Shown: positions 50,701 through 61,013 of the stretch, in pieces
How positions within the stretch are numbered: position 1 is the first letter of the stretch
Layout: each line of letters starts with the position of its first letter
DNA from: Elusimicrobiota bacterium
Lineage (GTDB): Bacteria; Elusimicrobiota; Endomicrobiia; Endomicrobiales; JBDRNC01
DNA length: 64,000 bases
Reading direction: 5' to 3'
Assembly: GCA_043811535.1 (NCBI GenBank)
Contig: JBDRNC010000017.1
Span: 1 to 64,000, forward strand
Made by a program: the position numbers and the translations under genes
Notes under the pieces: model-generated
The model's input: the letters and a program-made list of their open reading frames with translations, nothing else
The model's database searches: none
Told to the model about the DNA's origin: nothing

Positions 50701-51486
50701 TTAAATAATCTGCAGTTGTTTGAGCTTGGCTACGAGTTTCTCGGCTGCAATTTCCGGAGAACCTTCAAGCTTTTCCCCTCCCGGTCTCGGAGGCGGAGTG
50801 AATATCTTCATGACTTGCGTGGGAGAGCCTGTTAAGCCGATACTCTTGGGTTCGGCTTTAATGTCCTGGCTTGTCCATTTCTGTATGACGGCCTTTTTTG
50901 CAGCCATAAGGCCGCGCAGTGACGGAAGCCTGGGCGTGTTTATCTCTTTGACGACGGTTATCAGGGATGGAAGAGGCATTTCGATGCTGTCATATCCGTC
51001 TTCCATCATTCTCTCCACCCTAACGTAACCCTCTTTTATTTCTTCTATCTTTTTAACGTAAGCGACATGCGGAATATCAAGCATTTCTGCCACGCCGGGA
51101 CCCACTTGAGCCGTGTCTCCGTCGGTGGCCTGCTTGCCGCAGATAATAAGGTCAAAAGGAGCAAGAGCCTGTATCGCCTTTCCGAGCGTGTAGGCAGTCG
51201 CCCACGTGTCCGCGCCCGCGAAAGCCCTGTCGGACACAAGCACGGCGCTGTCAATTCCCCTGCCCAGCGCTTCGCGGAGCGCCGCTTCCGCCTGGGGAGG
51301 CCCCATCGTAATAACGGTAGCCTTGCCGCCGAAACGCTCTTTCAGGCGCACGGCTTCCTCTATTGCGTACTCGTCAAAAGGATTTATGATCGATTCCACC
51401 CCTTCGCGTTTCAGCGTACCGGTTTCTGAATCGATCTGGACGTTTGTCGTGTTAGGAACCTGTTTGATACATGCTATGAAATGCAT
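50701..51486 (-). CDS. etfB: Electron transfer flavoprotein beta
   Basis: CIKQVP, NPFDEYA, GADTWAT, GKQATDGDTAQVGP, PRLPSL. Confidence 0.96.
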   Translation of the reverse strand: MHFIACIKQVPNTTNVQIDSETGTLKREGVESIINPFDEYAIEEAVRLKERFGGKATVITMGPPQAEAALREALGRGIDSAVLVSDRAFAGADTWATAYTLGKAIQALAPFDLIICGKQATDGDTAQVGPGVAEMLDIPHVAYVKKIEEIKEGYVRVERMMEDGYDSIEMPLPSLITVVKEINTPRLPSLRGLMAAKKAVIQKWTSQDIKAEPKSIGLTGSPTQVMKIFTPPPRPGGEKLEGSPEIAAEKLVAKLKQLQII

Positions 51487-51494
51487 TTTTTCCT

Positions 51495-52655
51495 CTATTT
51501 CTTTGCGGCGTTTTCTTTGATCATACAGAGCGCGATCTCATTGCGCTGGATCTGGCTTGTCCCTTCGTATATTTGCGTGATTTTGGCGTCTCTCATCATT
51601 TTTTCAACGGGGTATTCTCTGATGTATCCGTAGCCGCCCAGTATCTGCACTGCGTTCGTCGTCACTCTCATCGCGACTTCCGAGCAGTATAGTTTTGACA
51701 TGGCGGATTCTTTCGTGATGCGTTTATCCAATTTCGCGTCCATGTTCTTGGCCGTCTGGTAAAGCAGGCATCGCGCTGCCTCTACTTCCGTCGCCATGTC
51801 GGCGAGCATGTGCTGGATCGCCTGGAAAGAAGAAATAGGCTGGCCGAACTGTACCCTTGTCCTCGAATAAGATAGGGCTTCTTCTAATGCTCCGGCCGCT
51901 ATTCCGAGAGCCTGCGCCGCGACGCCGGGACGCGATGTATCAAGAGTTGCCTGCGCCGTAAGAAGACCATGGCCTTCCTTTCCTAACAGGTTCTCTTTGG
52001 GTATTTTACAGTTGTTGAATATAAGTTCTCTTGTTACCGAAGCGCGTATGCCCATTTTCTTTTCTTTTTTGCCGAAATCAAATCCGGGAGTTCCTTTTTC
52101 CACTATGAAGCAGGATATTCCCCTTGCTCCCCGGTCCGGGTTTGTTTTTGCGAAAACCGTGTATATCTCGGCCTCGCCCGCGTTAGTAATGAAGCATTTC
52201 GTGCCGTTGAGCACGTAAAAATCGCCTTCTTTTTTTGCGGTAGTGCGCATCGCCGTGGCGTCGGAACCCGCCTCGGGTTCAGTCAGACCGAACGCCGCGA
52301 GCTTCTTTCCGGAGGCTATATCAGGAAGGTATTTCTTTTTCTGTTCTTCATTTCCGGATATAAGTATAGGGAACGTGCCCAGCGCGGTCGCGGCAAGGCA
52401 AAGCGAGATGCCGCCGTCAACTTTGCAGAGTTCTTCTATCACGAGAACCAGATCCATCGTCCCGCCGCCGAATCCGCCGTATTCCTGAGGTATATACACG
52501 CCGCAGAGGTCCGCTTTCGCGAGTTCCTCTACGATGGGCCATGGGAATTCTTCAGTTTCGTCGTAATGTTCGCGCACCGGCTTGATTTTTTCGTGCGCGA
52601 CTTTCCGAGCGAGATCAACCATCATTTTTTGTTCTTCGGTCAGGAAATATTCCAT
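51495..52655 (-). CDS. Acyl-CoA (butyryl-CoA-like) dehydrogenase
   Basis: FGLTEPEAGSD, NGTKCFITN, KMGIRAS, GGYGY, IYEGTSQIQR. Confidence 0.94.
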   Translation of the reverse strand: MEYFLTEEQKMMVDLARKVAHEKIKPVREHYDETEEFPWPIVEELAKADLCGVYIPQEYGGFGGGTMDLVLVIEELCKVDGGISLCLAATALGTFPILISGNEEQKKKYLPDIASGKKLAAFGLTEPEAGSDATAMRTTAKKEGDFYVLNGTKCFITNAGEAEIYTVFAKTNPDRGARGISCFIVEKGTPGFDFGKKEKKMGIRASVTRELIFNNCKIPKENLLGKEGHGLLTAQATLDTSRPGVAAQALGIAAGALEEALSYSRTRVQFGQPISSFQAIQHMLADMATEVEAARCLLYQTAKNMDAKLDKRITKESAMSKLYCSEVAMRVTTNAVQILGGYGYIREYPVEKMMRDAKITQIYEGTSQIQRNEIALCMIKENAAKK

Positions 52656-52721
52656 CTAAACCTCCCCCGACGGAGTCGGGGCCCGCCAGCGTCTCAGTGG
52701 CGGGCGTATTTTATTATTTAA

Positions 52722-53423
52722 CTACTTGTTGTTCTTTCTTATCTCTTTGTTGTTCTTTCTTATCTCTTTCAGCGCTTTTTTTGCGGCGGACTGTTCGGCT
52801 TCCTTTTTGGATTTACCGTTGCCGCTTCCCAGCAGATTCTTTTTGAAGAAAACGCCTATTTCGAATATTTTCTCGTGGTCTGGTCCGGATTCCGCGATTA
52901 TCCTGTATTCCGGCAGCGATTTGTAAGCCGATTGGATATATTCCTGGAGCTTGCTCTTCGCGTCGTTGATAATGACCCTGCGGTGCTTGACAAGATGCGT
53001 GCTTATGAATTTCTTGGCCGCTTCGAATCCCCCGTCCAAAAAAACCGCGGCTATCAAAGCTTCGAAAGTGTTTGAAAGGAGACTTTCGCGCTTCCTTCCT
53101 CCGGAAGCTTCCTCGCCTTTGCTTATGAATATAAAATCGCCGATGTCTATATTTTTCGCCCAGCGGCCCAGATTTTGGCGGGAAACAAGCTGTGATTTCA
53201 GCTGCGAGAGTTTTCCCTCGTCTTCGCCCGAGTACTTCAGGAACAGGTATTCGGCCACGACCGCCGCAAGTATGCTGTCTCCGAGAAACTCCATGCGTTC
53301 GTTGAATTCCTGCGTGCCAGCCTCGTCCGCGTAGGATTTATGCGTCAACGCCTTCCGGAGTATTTCTTTATCCTTGAATTTAAATCCGATTGTTTTTTCT
53401 AGCTTAGAGAAGTCAGCTGGCAT
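52722..53423 (-). CDS. rnc: Ribonuclease III
   Basis: ALTHKS, NERMEFLGD, FEALIAA, dsRBD GPDH..SKKEAEQ. Confidence 0.96.
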   Translation of the reverse strand: MPADFSKLEKTIGFKFKDKEILRKALTHKSYADEAGTQEFNERMEFLGDSILAAVVAEYLFLKYSGEDEGKLSQLKSQLVSRQNLGRWAKNIDIGDFIFISKGEEASGGRKRESLLSNTFEALIAAVFLDGGFEAAKKFISTHLVKHRRVIINDAKSKLQEYIQSAYKSLPEYRIIAESGPDHEKIFEIGVFFKKNLLGSGNGKSKKEAEQSAAKKALKEIRKNNKEIRKNNK

Positions 53424-54654
53424 ATCGTTTGACTATCAGCACTCCGTTATGTCCGCCGAATCCCAGCGAGTTGGATAAAGCGCAGTTGAATTTCTGTTCT
53501 CTTGCGGTGTTGGGAACGTAGTCCAGGTCGCATTCGGGGTCTTTTGTTTCGTAATTTATGGTCGGATGGATAAAGCCTTTTTCCATGCACACAAGCATCG
53601 CTATAAGTTCCGCGGCGCCGGCGGCTCCCAGCAGGTGGCCCGTCATTGATTTTGTCGAAGAAATAGGGATTTTGTAGGCCCTCTCTCCGAAAACAACTTT
53701 AATCGCTTTTGTTTCGGTCTTGTCGTTGTATTCGGTTGACGTGCCGTGGGCGTTGATATAGTCGATTTCGTCCGGGCTTATTCCGGCGTCCGCTATAGCG
53801 TTTTTCATCGCAAGTATTGCGGCGACGGCTTCCGGGTCAGGCGCAGTGATATGAAAAGCGTCATCGGAAGCTCCGTATCCGATCAGCTCGGCGTATATTT
53901 TCGCTCCGCGTTTCTGAGCGTGTTCAAGGGTTTCAAGGATTACGATCCCGGCGCCCTCTCCCATGACAAATCCATCCCTGTCTTTGTCGAAAGGACGGGA
54001 AGCTTTTTCCGGGGCGTCGTTTCTCGCGCTCAATGCCCTGATGCTGCAGAACCCGGCCAGCCCGAGCGGTGTGATTGCGGCTTCGGCACCGCCGGATACC
54101 ATGACATCGGCGTCACCGTAGCGCAACAGTCTCATTGCGTCTCCCATGGCGTGGTTCGCGGACGAGCACGCGCTGGAAATCGCGTAATTCGGGCCTTTCA
54201 TACCGTAGTGTATCGCGATTTCTCCGGGAAGCATGTTCGTTATAATCATCGGGATCAGGAACGGGCTTACGCGCCCCGGACCTTTTTCCGTGAGATTCGT
54301 ATGCTCCCGCTCAATTATGTCAAGGCCGCCGATTCCTGTGCCGGTGATCACGCCTATGCGCGAAAGGTCTTCCTTGGAGAAATCGATGCCCGAATCCTCG
54401 ACCGCCATTTTCGCGGCGCCGAATCCGAACTGCGTGAACATGGCCATGCGCTTGATCTTTTTCTTGTCGATGTAGTTCTCAGCCGTGAAGTCCTTGACCT
54501 GGGCCGCGATGCGCGTCGAGTAATTGCTGACGTCGAATTTAGTGAATACGTTCGCCCCGGATTTTCCCTGGCGAAGCGCTTCGGTGTAATTCTCTTTTCC
54601 CGTGCCTATCGGAGATACTATGCCGATTCCTGTTATAACGACTCTTTTATTCAT
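53413..54654 (-). CDS. fabF: 3-oxoacyl-ACP synthase II
   Basis: RVVITG, SACSS, NAHGTST, KSMTGHLLGAAG, GFGGHN. Confidence 0.97.
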   Translation of the reverse strand: MNKRVVITGIGIVSPIGTGKENYTEALRQGKSGANVFTKFDVSNYSTRIAAQVKDFTAENYIDKKKIKRMAMFTQFGFGAAKMAVEDSGIDFSKEDLSRIGVITGTGIGGLDIIEREHTNLTEKGPGRVSPFLIPMIITNMLPGEIAIHYGMKGPNYAISSACSSANHAMGDAMRLLRYGDADVMVSGGAEAAITPLGLAGFCSIRALSARNDAPEKASRPFDKDRDGFVMGEGAGIVILETLEHAQKRGAKIYAELIGYGASDDAFHITAPDPEAVAAILAMKNAIADAGISPDEIDYINAHGTSTEYNDKTETKAIKVVFGERAYKIPISSTKSMTGHLLGAAGAAELIAMLVCMEKGFIHPTINYETKDPECDLDYVPNTAREQKFNCALSNSLGFGGHNGVLIVKRYAS

Positions 54655-54748
54655 GGTTTTCCCGATATAAAAAGAAACCGCCACGAACCGCAAGACTCGT
54701 TAAGTCAGAGCCTAAAGGTCCGGAATATACCTAATTATATAGGTGCGG

Positions 54749-54985
54749 TTATTTTTTGTGTGATTTGATGTAGTCTATTGCCTGACCGACTGACTGGATC
54801 TTTTCAGCTTCCTCATCCGGAATCTCAATTCCGAATTCTTCTTCCAGGGCCATTACCAGTTCAACCGTGTCAAGCGAGTCTGCGCCGAGGTCGTTGATGA
54901 ATGATGCCTGAGGCGTGACTTCCGAGGGATCTACTCCGAGTTGCTCAACTATAATCTCTTTCACTCTTGTTTCAAGATCTGCCAT
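54749..54985 (-). CDS. acpP: Acyl carrier protein
   Basis: [20 protein letters not shown]. Confidence 0.98.
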   Translation of the reverse strand: MADLETRVKEIIVEQLGVDPSEVTPQASFINDLGADSLDTVELVMALEEEFGIEIPDEEAEKIQSVGQAIDYIKSHKK

Positions 54986-55041
54986 TTGAGGCCTCCTTAT
55001 TTTGTTTAGTTTTCCCTTTCAGGAAATATTTTACTGCTGAA

Positions 55042-55785
55042 CTACATGTACATTCCGCCGTTTACCGATATGACATGCCCGGTTATGTAGGAAGAGTCGT
55101 CCGAGCAGAGAAATAACGCCGCTTTGGCCACGTCTTCCGGTTCACCGAGCCGTCCCAGAGGTATCTGGTCTGAAAGTTTTTTCTTGTTTTCTTCCGACAG
55201 CGCATCTGTCATGGCTGTCTTTATGAATCCGGGTGCGATCGCGTTTACCAGAACGCCTCTTGACGAGAACTCTCTCGCGCAGGTTTTAGTAAGCGCTATC
55301 ACGCCGCCTTTTGAAGCCGAATAGTTTGCCTGGCCGGCGTTGCCCATTAGCCCGACTACGGAAGCGATGTTAACTATCCTGCCGCCACGCTGTTTGAGCA
55401 TCACACGGCTCGCGGCTTTCGTGCAGTTAAACACGCCTTTCAGGTTCACTCCAAGGACGGAATCCCATTCCTGATCCGACATGCGAAGTACCAAATTGTC
55501 TCTTGTAATCCCTGCGTTGTTAATAAGTATATTTATTTTGGAAAATTTGTCAAGTGTCTTTTGGATTAAATTTTCACAGTCGGCGTACACAGCGACATTC
55601 CCCGCAACCGGAATAGTGTCAACGCCGTATTTCTCCTTGATTTCCTGAGCGGTTTTGCCGGCAAGCTCGGCGTTTATATCCGAGATTACGATATTCGCGC
55701 CCTCTTTTGCCAGCGCTTCGGCTATTGACCTGCCAATCCCCTGGGCCCCCCCGGTTATAACTGCGACTTGGTCTTTGAGCTTCAT
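55042..55785 (-). CDS. fabG: 3-oxoacyl-ACP reductase
   Basis: TGGAQGIG, NNAGITRD, YSASK, APGFIKT, VNGGM. Confidence 0.96.
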   Translation of the reverse strand: MKLKDQVAVITGGAQGIGRSIAEALAKEGANIVISDINAELAGKTAQEIKEKYGVDTIPVAGNVAVYADCENLIQKTLDKFSKINILINNAGITRDNLVLRMSDQEWDSVLGVNLKGVFNCTKAASRVMLKQRGGRIVNIASVVGLMGNAGQANYSASKGGVIALTKTCAREFSSRGVLVNAIAPGFIKTAMTDALSEENKKKLSDQIPLGRLGEPEDVAKAALFLCSDDSSYITGHVISVNGGMYM

Positions 55786-55842
55786 TTCTTCAATGCCTCC
55801 GTTGAAAATTGCAAATTCCAGAACGGCGTTTGCCGTGCATTA

Positions 55843-56780
55843 CTATTTTTCCAGCGCTTCCAGAGTTTTTTCAAGAGTTTTCTTGTCTTCTATGTTGAAT
55901 GATTTCTTTGTCTTATCTATCCTGCGCAAGAGCCCTGACAGGATTCTCTGGGGCCCGAGTTCGATAAAAACATCCGTTCCGGCCCCTGTCATCTTAAGCA
56001 TGGAACTCTCCCAGTACACGGGACTGTTTATCTGCTTTACTAGTTTTTCCTTTATCGCGCCCGCATCCGTTGTCACCTGGCCGTCGCAATTAGTGACGAC
56101 CGGGAATTTCGGCTCGGAAAAGGAATATTTCTTCAATTCATCCTTCATCATTTCCGCGGCGGGTGTCATAAGTGAAGAGTGGAACGGGCCGGAGACGTTG
56201 AGCAGGACCGCTTTCATCGCGCCGGCTTTCTGAGCCAGGTCCACCACTATTTTTACCCGTTCTGTCGAACCCGCTATCACGATTTGTCCAGGGGAATTGA
56301 AGTTAACCGGTTCGCAGACATTGGAATCTTCCGCCTGCTTGCAGATTTCCTCGACTTTGGACGTATCAAGCCCTATTATGGCAGCCATCGTTCCTTCGGT
56401 TTGTTGTGACACTTTCTGAATGAATTCCCCGCGCGCCTTGACAAGCTTTAATCCGTCTTCAAAACTGAAAACTTCCGCGGCCGCAAGAGCCGAATACTCT
56501 CCGAGAGAATGGCCGGCGGCAATACAGTTGACAGTTGACAGTTGACGGCAAAGACCTTGAAAATGGCGTAAGACACAGCGAAAATAGCGGGCTGGGTGTA
56601 CTGGGTCTGGCGCAAGGTTTCTTCTGGGCCTTCAAATATAATTTTCTTAAGGTCAAAACCCAGAACCTCATTAGCCTTATCCAAAATTTCCCTGCCAACG
56701 GGGTAGTTATCGTAGAAATCCTTGCCCATCCCGACGTATTGCGAGCCCTGCCCCGGAAAAATGAGTCCTATTTTAGTCAT
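55843..56780 (-). pseudogene. fabD: Malonyl-CoA:ACP transacylase, frameshifted at a heptamer repeat (real or assembly artefact)
   Basis: FPGQGSQ and TQPAI in one frame; AGHSLGEY, SGPFHS, ELGP in another; break at (AGTTGAC)x3, 56526-56546. Confidence 0.85.
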
Positions 56781-56841
56781 TAGTTGTTCCGTTTCGGTTT
56801 TTTTGGTATTTTAATCTTTGAATCTTTAATCCTGCAATCCA

Positions 56842-56930
56842 CCTTCGCCCCGAAAAAACAGGGCTTCGGCGGATTTCAGTTTGCCGTGAACGTCTTATTC
56901 ATATACGGGCTTGCGCCCGTAAAACTTCAA
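56842..56930. repeat. 90-bp double-hairpin element, copy D
   Basis: CTTCGGCGGATTTC, CTTATTCA, TACGGGC/GCCCGTA stem, AAACTTCAA. Confidence 0.8.
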
Positions 56931-56933
56931 TCT

Positions 56934-57920
56934 TTACAATTTTATAACAGCTGCGGCCCACGTAAATCCGCCTCCGAATGCTACGAGTTCAACTATGTCG
57001 CCCTGCTTTACCTTGCCTTCTTTCCTTGCTTCATCAAGTGCTACTATGGTTGTCGCGGAGGACATATTCCCGTATTTATGCAGGTTTATGTAGACTTTAT
57101 CCATGGGGAATTCGGCTTTTCTTGCTATCGCTTCTATTATCCTCATATTCGCCTGATGAGGAATAAGCAGCGCCAAGTCCGAAAATTTTAGATTAGCTTT
57201 TTCAATCGCTTTTTCAGCGGCTTCCGACATCTTGGTTACCGCGATTTTGAATACTTCCTTTCCTTTCATTTTGATGAAGTTGAGGTGTTCATCTATATTC
57301 TTTTGAGAAGGCGGATTGCGCGAACCGCCGCCCGGATTGTAAAGCAGTTCCCAATAATTTCCATCGGCGCCGAGATAAGTGGAAAGTATCGCGCTGGGTT
57401 CATCGGTGCGACCCAGTATAATAGCTCCCGCTCCGTCGCCGAACAGCACGCATGTATTCCTGTCGGACCAGTCAGTATGCTTTGTCAGGCATTCCGCGCC
57501 TATCAGAAGGACGTTCTTCGCGCTGCCGTTCTCTATAGAATCTTTGGCTATCGATAAGCCGTATATGAAACCGCTGCAGGCCGCCGAGATGTCAAAGGCG
57601 TGCGCGTTGACCGCACCGAGCCCTTTCTGGACAAAACAGGCAGTTGAAGGAAAGAACATGTCAGGCGTTATCGTGGCTACAATGATGGCATCAATGTCCG
57701 CCGGGGTCAAATGCGCGTCCTCAATGGCTTTTTGCGAAGCGCGTATAGACAGGTCGGACGTAGCCGTGTGCTTGTCAGTTATATGGCGCTCTTTCATGCC
57801 TGTGCGCTGGGTGATCCAATCATCCGAAGTGTCAACTATTTTCGCGAGATCCGCGTTTGTCAGTATCTTTTCAGGGACATACGAGCCTGTCCCGAGGATT
57901 TTTACTCCGAATTTATTCAT
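56934..57920 (-). CDS. fabH: 3-oxoacyl-ACP synthase III
   Basis: AACSGF, FGDGAGA, PHQAN, GNMS, FGGGFTW. Confidence 0.97.
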   Translation of the reverse strand: MNKFGVKILGTGSYVPEKILTNADLAKIVDTSDDWITQRTGMKERHITDKHTATSDLSIRASQKAIEDAHLTPADIDAIIVATITPDMFFPSTACFVQKGLGAVNAHAFDISAACSGFIYGLSIAKDSIENGSAKNVLLIGAECLTKHTDWSDRNTCVLFGDGAGAIILGRTDEPSAILSTYLGADGNYWELLYNPGGGSRNPPSQKNIDEHLNFIKMKGKEVFKIAVTKMSEAAEKAIEKANLKFSDLALLIPHQANMRIIEAIARKAEFPMDKVYINLHKYGNMSSATTIVALDEARKEGKVKQGDIVELVAFGGGFTWAAAVIKL

Positions 57921-58930
57921 TTTTCTTCCTGTTCCGGAATATCGTGTTTCAAAATTTCTTGCGCGATTTCCGTATTAACGTTCTTTTCGGCAAACTGGGC
58001 CGCTACTCTAAGAGCGTTCTTGATGGCTTTTGCGTTTGAAATGCCATGCCCGATTATGCACACGCCGTCAACTCCCAGCAGAGGCGCGCCGCCGTATTCA
58101 GAGTAGTCCACTTTTTTGCGGAGGTCTTTAAGCGCTGTCCAGAGGAAAGGAAGAGCGGCCCACGCGATGGGATGCGCTTTCAGTTCTTCCTTGACGAGTT
58201 TAAGCATCATCTCCGCGACACCTTCGCCGAATTTCAGCACCACGTTCCCCACAAATCCGTCGCATATTATCACTTCAGCCTTGCCTTTCGTAATATCATG
58301 CCCTTCAATATTGCCTACAAAATTTAGATCGCTTTTTTTGAGAAGCTCATAAGTGGCATTGGAAAGTTCGTTGCCTTTGCCTTCTTCTTCGCCTATCGAG
58401 AGCAGTCCTACTTTGGGGTTTGAGATTCCGTAAACCCTTTCTAAAAAAATCTTTCCCATTATGGCAAACTGGAAAAGATGTTTCGGTTTACAGTCCACAT
58501 TTGCCCCGACGTCAAGGACAACGCATAATCCGTTCAGCGTCGGGAAAACCGACGTTATAGCGGGCCTGCTTACTCCCGGAGTGCGTTTTAAATATAAAAG
58601 CGCTGACGCCATCGCGGCGCCCGAATTCCCGGCCGAGATAAAAGCGTTTGCCTTGCCCTGAGCTACGAGTTGCGCGGCAATAACTATGGAAGAGTTTTTT
58701 TTCTGTCTTACGGCCTGCGCGGGTGTTTCATCCATGCCGACCGTTTCCGGGGCGTCACAAATAGTTAACGGAAGCCCAGCGGTTTTGTGTTTCAAAAGCT
58801 CCGCTTTAAGCGCGCTTTCCCTGCCGACGAGTATTATTTCATGTTTCAGTTCTTTGGCAGCAAGCACCGCGCCCGCCACCGTGACGGCAGGTGCATGGTC
58901 TCCCCCCATCGCATCTAGGGCAAGGCGCAT
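57917..58930 (-). CDS. plsX: Phosphate acyltransferase
   Basis: DAMGGDHAP, SAGNSGA, DVGANVD, CDGFVGN, YGGAPLLG. Confidence 0.97.
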   Translation of the reverse strand: MRLALDAMGGDHAPAVTVAGAVLAAKELKHEIILVGRESALKAELLKHKTAGLPLTICDAPETVGMDETPAQAVRQKKNSSIVIAAQLVAQGKANAFISAGNSGAAMASALLYLKRTPGVSRPAITSVFPTLNGLCVVLDVGANVDCKPKHLFQFAIMGKIFLERVYGISNPKVGLLSIGEEEGKGNELSNATYELLKKSDLNFVGNIEGHDITKGKAEVIICDGFVGNVVLKFGEGVAEMMLKLVKEELKAHPIAWAALPFLWTALKDLRKKVDYSEYGGAPLLGVDGVCIIGHGISNAKAIKNALRVAAQFAEKNVNTEIAQEILKHDIPEQEEK

Positions 58931-59139
58931 TATTTCTTTCCTTCCCCTGTTTTTTTCTTTTCCTTGCGGGGTATTACAAGCTCCCCGTTATAGAAGCCGC
59001 ATGCTCCGCATACCTTGTGGGGAAGCTTGGGTGCGCCGCACTGCGGACACTTGCTTGAATTCTGTGCCTGTACTCTCCAGTTCGCCGCGCGCCGCATGTT
59101 CCGGCGGCTTGGAGTGTGTTTTTTCTTTGGATTTGGCAT
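58930..59139 (-). CDS. rpmF: 50S ribosomal protein L32
   Basis: MPNPKKK, CPQCG..KLPHKVCGACG. Confidence 0.95.
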   Translation of the reverse strand: MPNPKKKHTPSRRNMRRAANWRVQAQNSSKCPQCGAPKLPHKVCGACGFYNGELVIPRKEKKKTGEGKK

Positions 59140-59169
59140 CTAAACGCCTCCTATGTATTTTCAACTAAC

Positions 59170-59631
59170 TCATTTAATCAATTTCTTCAGAGTGTCCCAC
59201 CGTGGATCCGTTTGCTCGGTGGAGCAGCAGCATGCATCGCTATTCGCGTTATTCAGGTTCTTGCCGCACTGCGGGCATAAACCCTTGCATTCCTCGACGC
59301 ATAGAGGCTTTAGCGGCGTATTGAGTATCATAATCTGCCGGATTTCGTCCTCTAAATTGATTTCTTCGAGATTCGAGGAGTATACCTGCTGTATTTGGAC
59401 ATCAACTGGAAAGGCAAAGGTTGTCAGACACCGGCAGCATTCCAGTATGAGAGAGCCCCTTATTCCGCCGGTCAGCAAAATATTCCCTTCAACCGGCTTC
59501 AACGTAAATACAACACCAAGTTCCTGCTCGATTACACTGTCAGATATCTCCGGACAAGTGTATTTATCGACTGATTTGTTTATTTCGCCGAGCTCGATGA
59601 TCTCGCTCGTTTTAAATGTCAAGTTTTTCAT
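59170..59631 (-). CDS. yceD: YceD/DUF177 protein
   Basis: CCRCL, PLKPLCVEECKGLCPQCG, DPRW; upstream of rpmF. Confidence 0.9.
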   Translation of the reverse strand: MKNLTFKTSEIIELGEINKSVDKYTCPEISDSVIEQELGVVFTLKPVEGNILLTGGIRGSLILECCRCLTTFAFPVDVQIQQVYSSNLEEINLEDEIRQIMILNTPLKPLCVEECKGLCPQCGKNLNNANSDACCCSTEQTDPRWDTLKKLIK

Positions 59632-59643
59632 TATATTGTTTAC

Positions 59644-60846
59644 TTATGAATTTGTCAAGACCTTTACTGTTTCTCGGGCTATCATGAGTTCTTCATTTGT
59701 GGGGACTACCATGACCTTGACCCTCATATCCTTGGGTGAAATGATCCCTTCTTCCGCTATTATGCCTTCGTTAGCGGTTTTATCTATAGCGATACCCAGA
59801 TTTTGCATGTTTTCGCAGCATTTTTCGCGTATCGTGGGGGAGTTCTCGCCTATCCCGGCCGTGAAAACAACAGCGTCAGTCCCGTTAAGCGCGCCGAGAT
59901 ACGCCGAAATGTATTTTTTTGCCCTGTAGCAAAAAACTTCCAGAGCCAGTTTTGCCCGTTCCATGCCGCCTGCGGCAGATTTAAGTATCGTCCTCATGTC
60001 CGCGGAAATACCCGATATGCCGAGCAACCCGCTTTTCTTGTTCAAAAGAGTATTCAAATCGTCGGCCGATATTTTTTCATAACTGAGAAGGTGGATTATT
60101 ATAGCCGGGTCAAGGTCGCCGGTCCGCGTTCCCATGACAAGTCCTTCCAGCGGAGTGAAACCCATGGATGTGTCTATCGATTTCCCTTTTTCTATCGCGG
60201 TAATGCTGCACCCGTTTCCGAGATGACAGGTTATCAGGTTCAGTTTTTCTATGGGTTTATTGAGGATTTCCGCGGCCCTCTCCGCGACGTAGTGGTGCGA
60301 GGTGCCGTGGAACCCGTAGCGGCGGATGTTGTACTTCTTGCACAGTGTATAGGGCAGGCCGTACGAGTATGCGTAATCCGGTATCGTCTGATGGTACGCC
60401 GTGTCAAAAACCGCTACTTCCGGTATTCCTTCCATAAGCTCCTGACAGGCTTTCAATCCTTCGTAGTGGTGTGGGTTATGAAGCGGAGCAAGGACAAAAC
60501 AGTTTTTTATATCCTGCATCACCTCATCGTCTACAAGTACGGATTTTGAGAATTTTTCCCCGCCGTGGACTATGCGGTGCCCTATTCCGGAGATATCGTG
60601 TATATCTTTGATAACAGGATGCTCAGCGTCGGTCAAATTTTGAAGGATAAGCTTGATCGCAGCCTGGTGGTTCGGGGCTTTGCACGCTTCCTTGATCTCT
60701 TCCTCACCTGTCACCTGATGCTTGAAATAAGCCTCGGGAAGTCCAATGCATTCCACGATGCCTTTTGCTATGCGTTTTTCGCCTTCAGTTTCGAAAAAGG
60801 TGTATTTTACCGAAGACGAACCTGTGTTCAATACCAATACTTTCAT
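59644..60846 (-). CDS. ackA: Acetate kinase
   Basis: NTGSSS, GHRIVHGG, APLHN, RRYGFHGTSH, HLGNG, TNEELMIA. Confidence 0.97.
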   Translation of the reverse strand: MKVLVLNTGSSSVKYTFFETEGEKRIAKGIVECIGLPEAYFKHQVTGEEEIKEACKAPNHQAAIKLILQNLTDAEHPVIKDIHDISGIGHRIVHGGEKFSKSVLVDDEVMQDIKNCFVLAPLHNPHHYEGLKACQELMEGIPEVAVFDTAYHQTIPDYAYSYGLPYTLCKKYNIRRYGFHGTSHHYVAERAAEILNKPIEKLNLITCHLGNGCSITAIEKGKSIDTSMGFTPLEGLVMGTRTGDLDPAIIIHLLSYEKISADDLNTLLNKKSGLLGISGISADMRTILKSAAGGMERAKLALEVFCYRAKKYISAYLGALNGTDAVVFTAGIGENSPTIREKCCENMQNLGIAIDKTANEGIIAEEGIISPKDMRVKVMVVPTNEELMIARETVKVLTNS

Positions 60847-60865
60847 TTAATATCCTTTATTAACT

Positions 60866-60998
60866 TCAAATGCTAAACACTAAACTCTAAATACTAAATA
60901 AGCTCAAAATGCTAAAGATAAAACTCAAACACTGCATTTATATTTGATATTTGAATTTGCGATCTTGGAATTATTTGGTATTTAGCTTTTAGTGTTTA
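60866..60998. repeat. Heptamer-period inverted array (AAATNCT / TTTAG)
   Basis: aaatgct aaacact aaactct aaatact aaa ... tttggta tttagct tttagtg ttt. Confidence 0.7.
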
Positions 60999-61013
60999 CA
61001 GTATATTCCTTGT

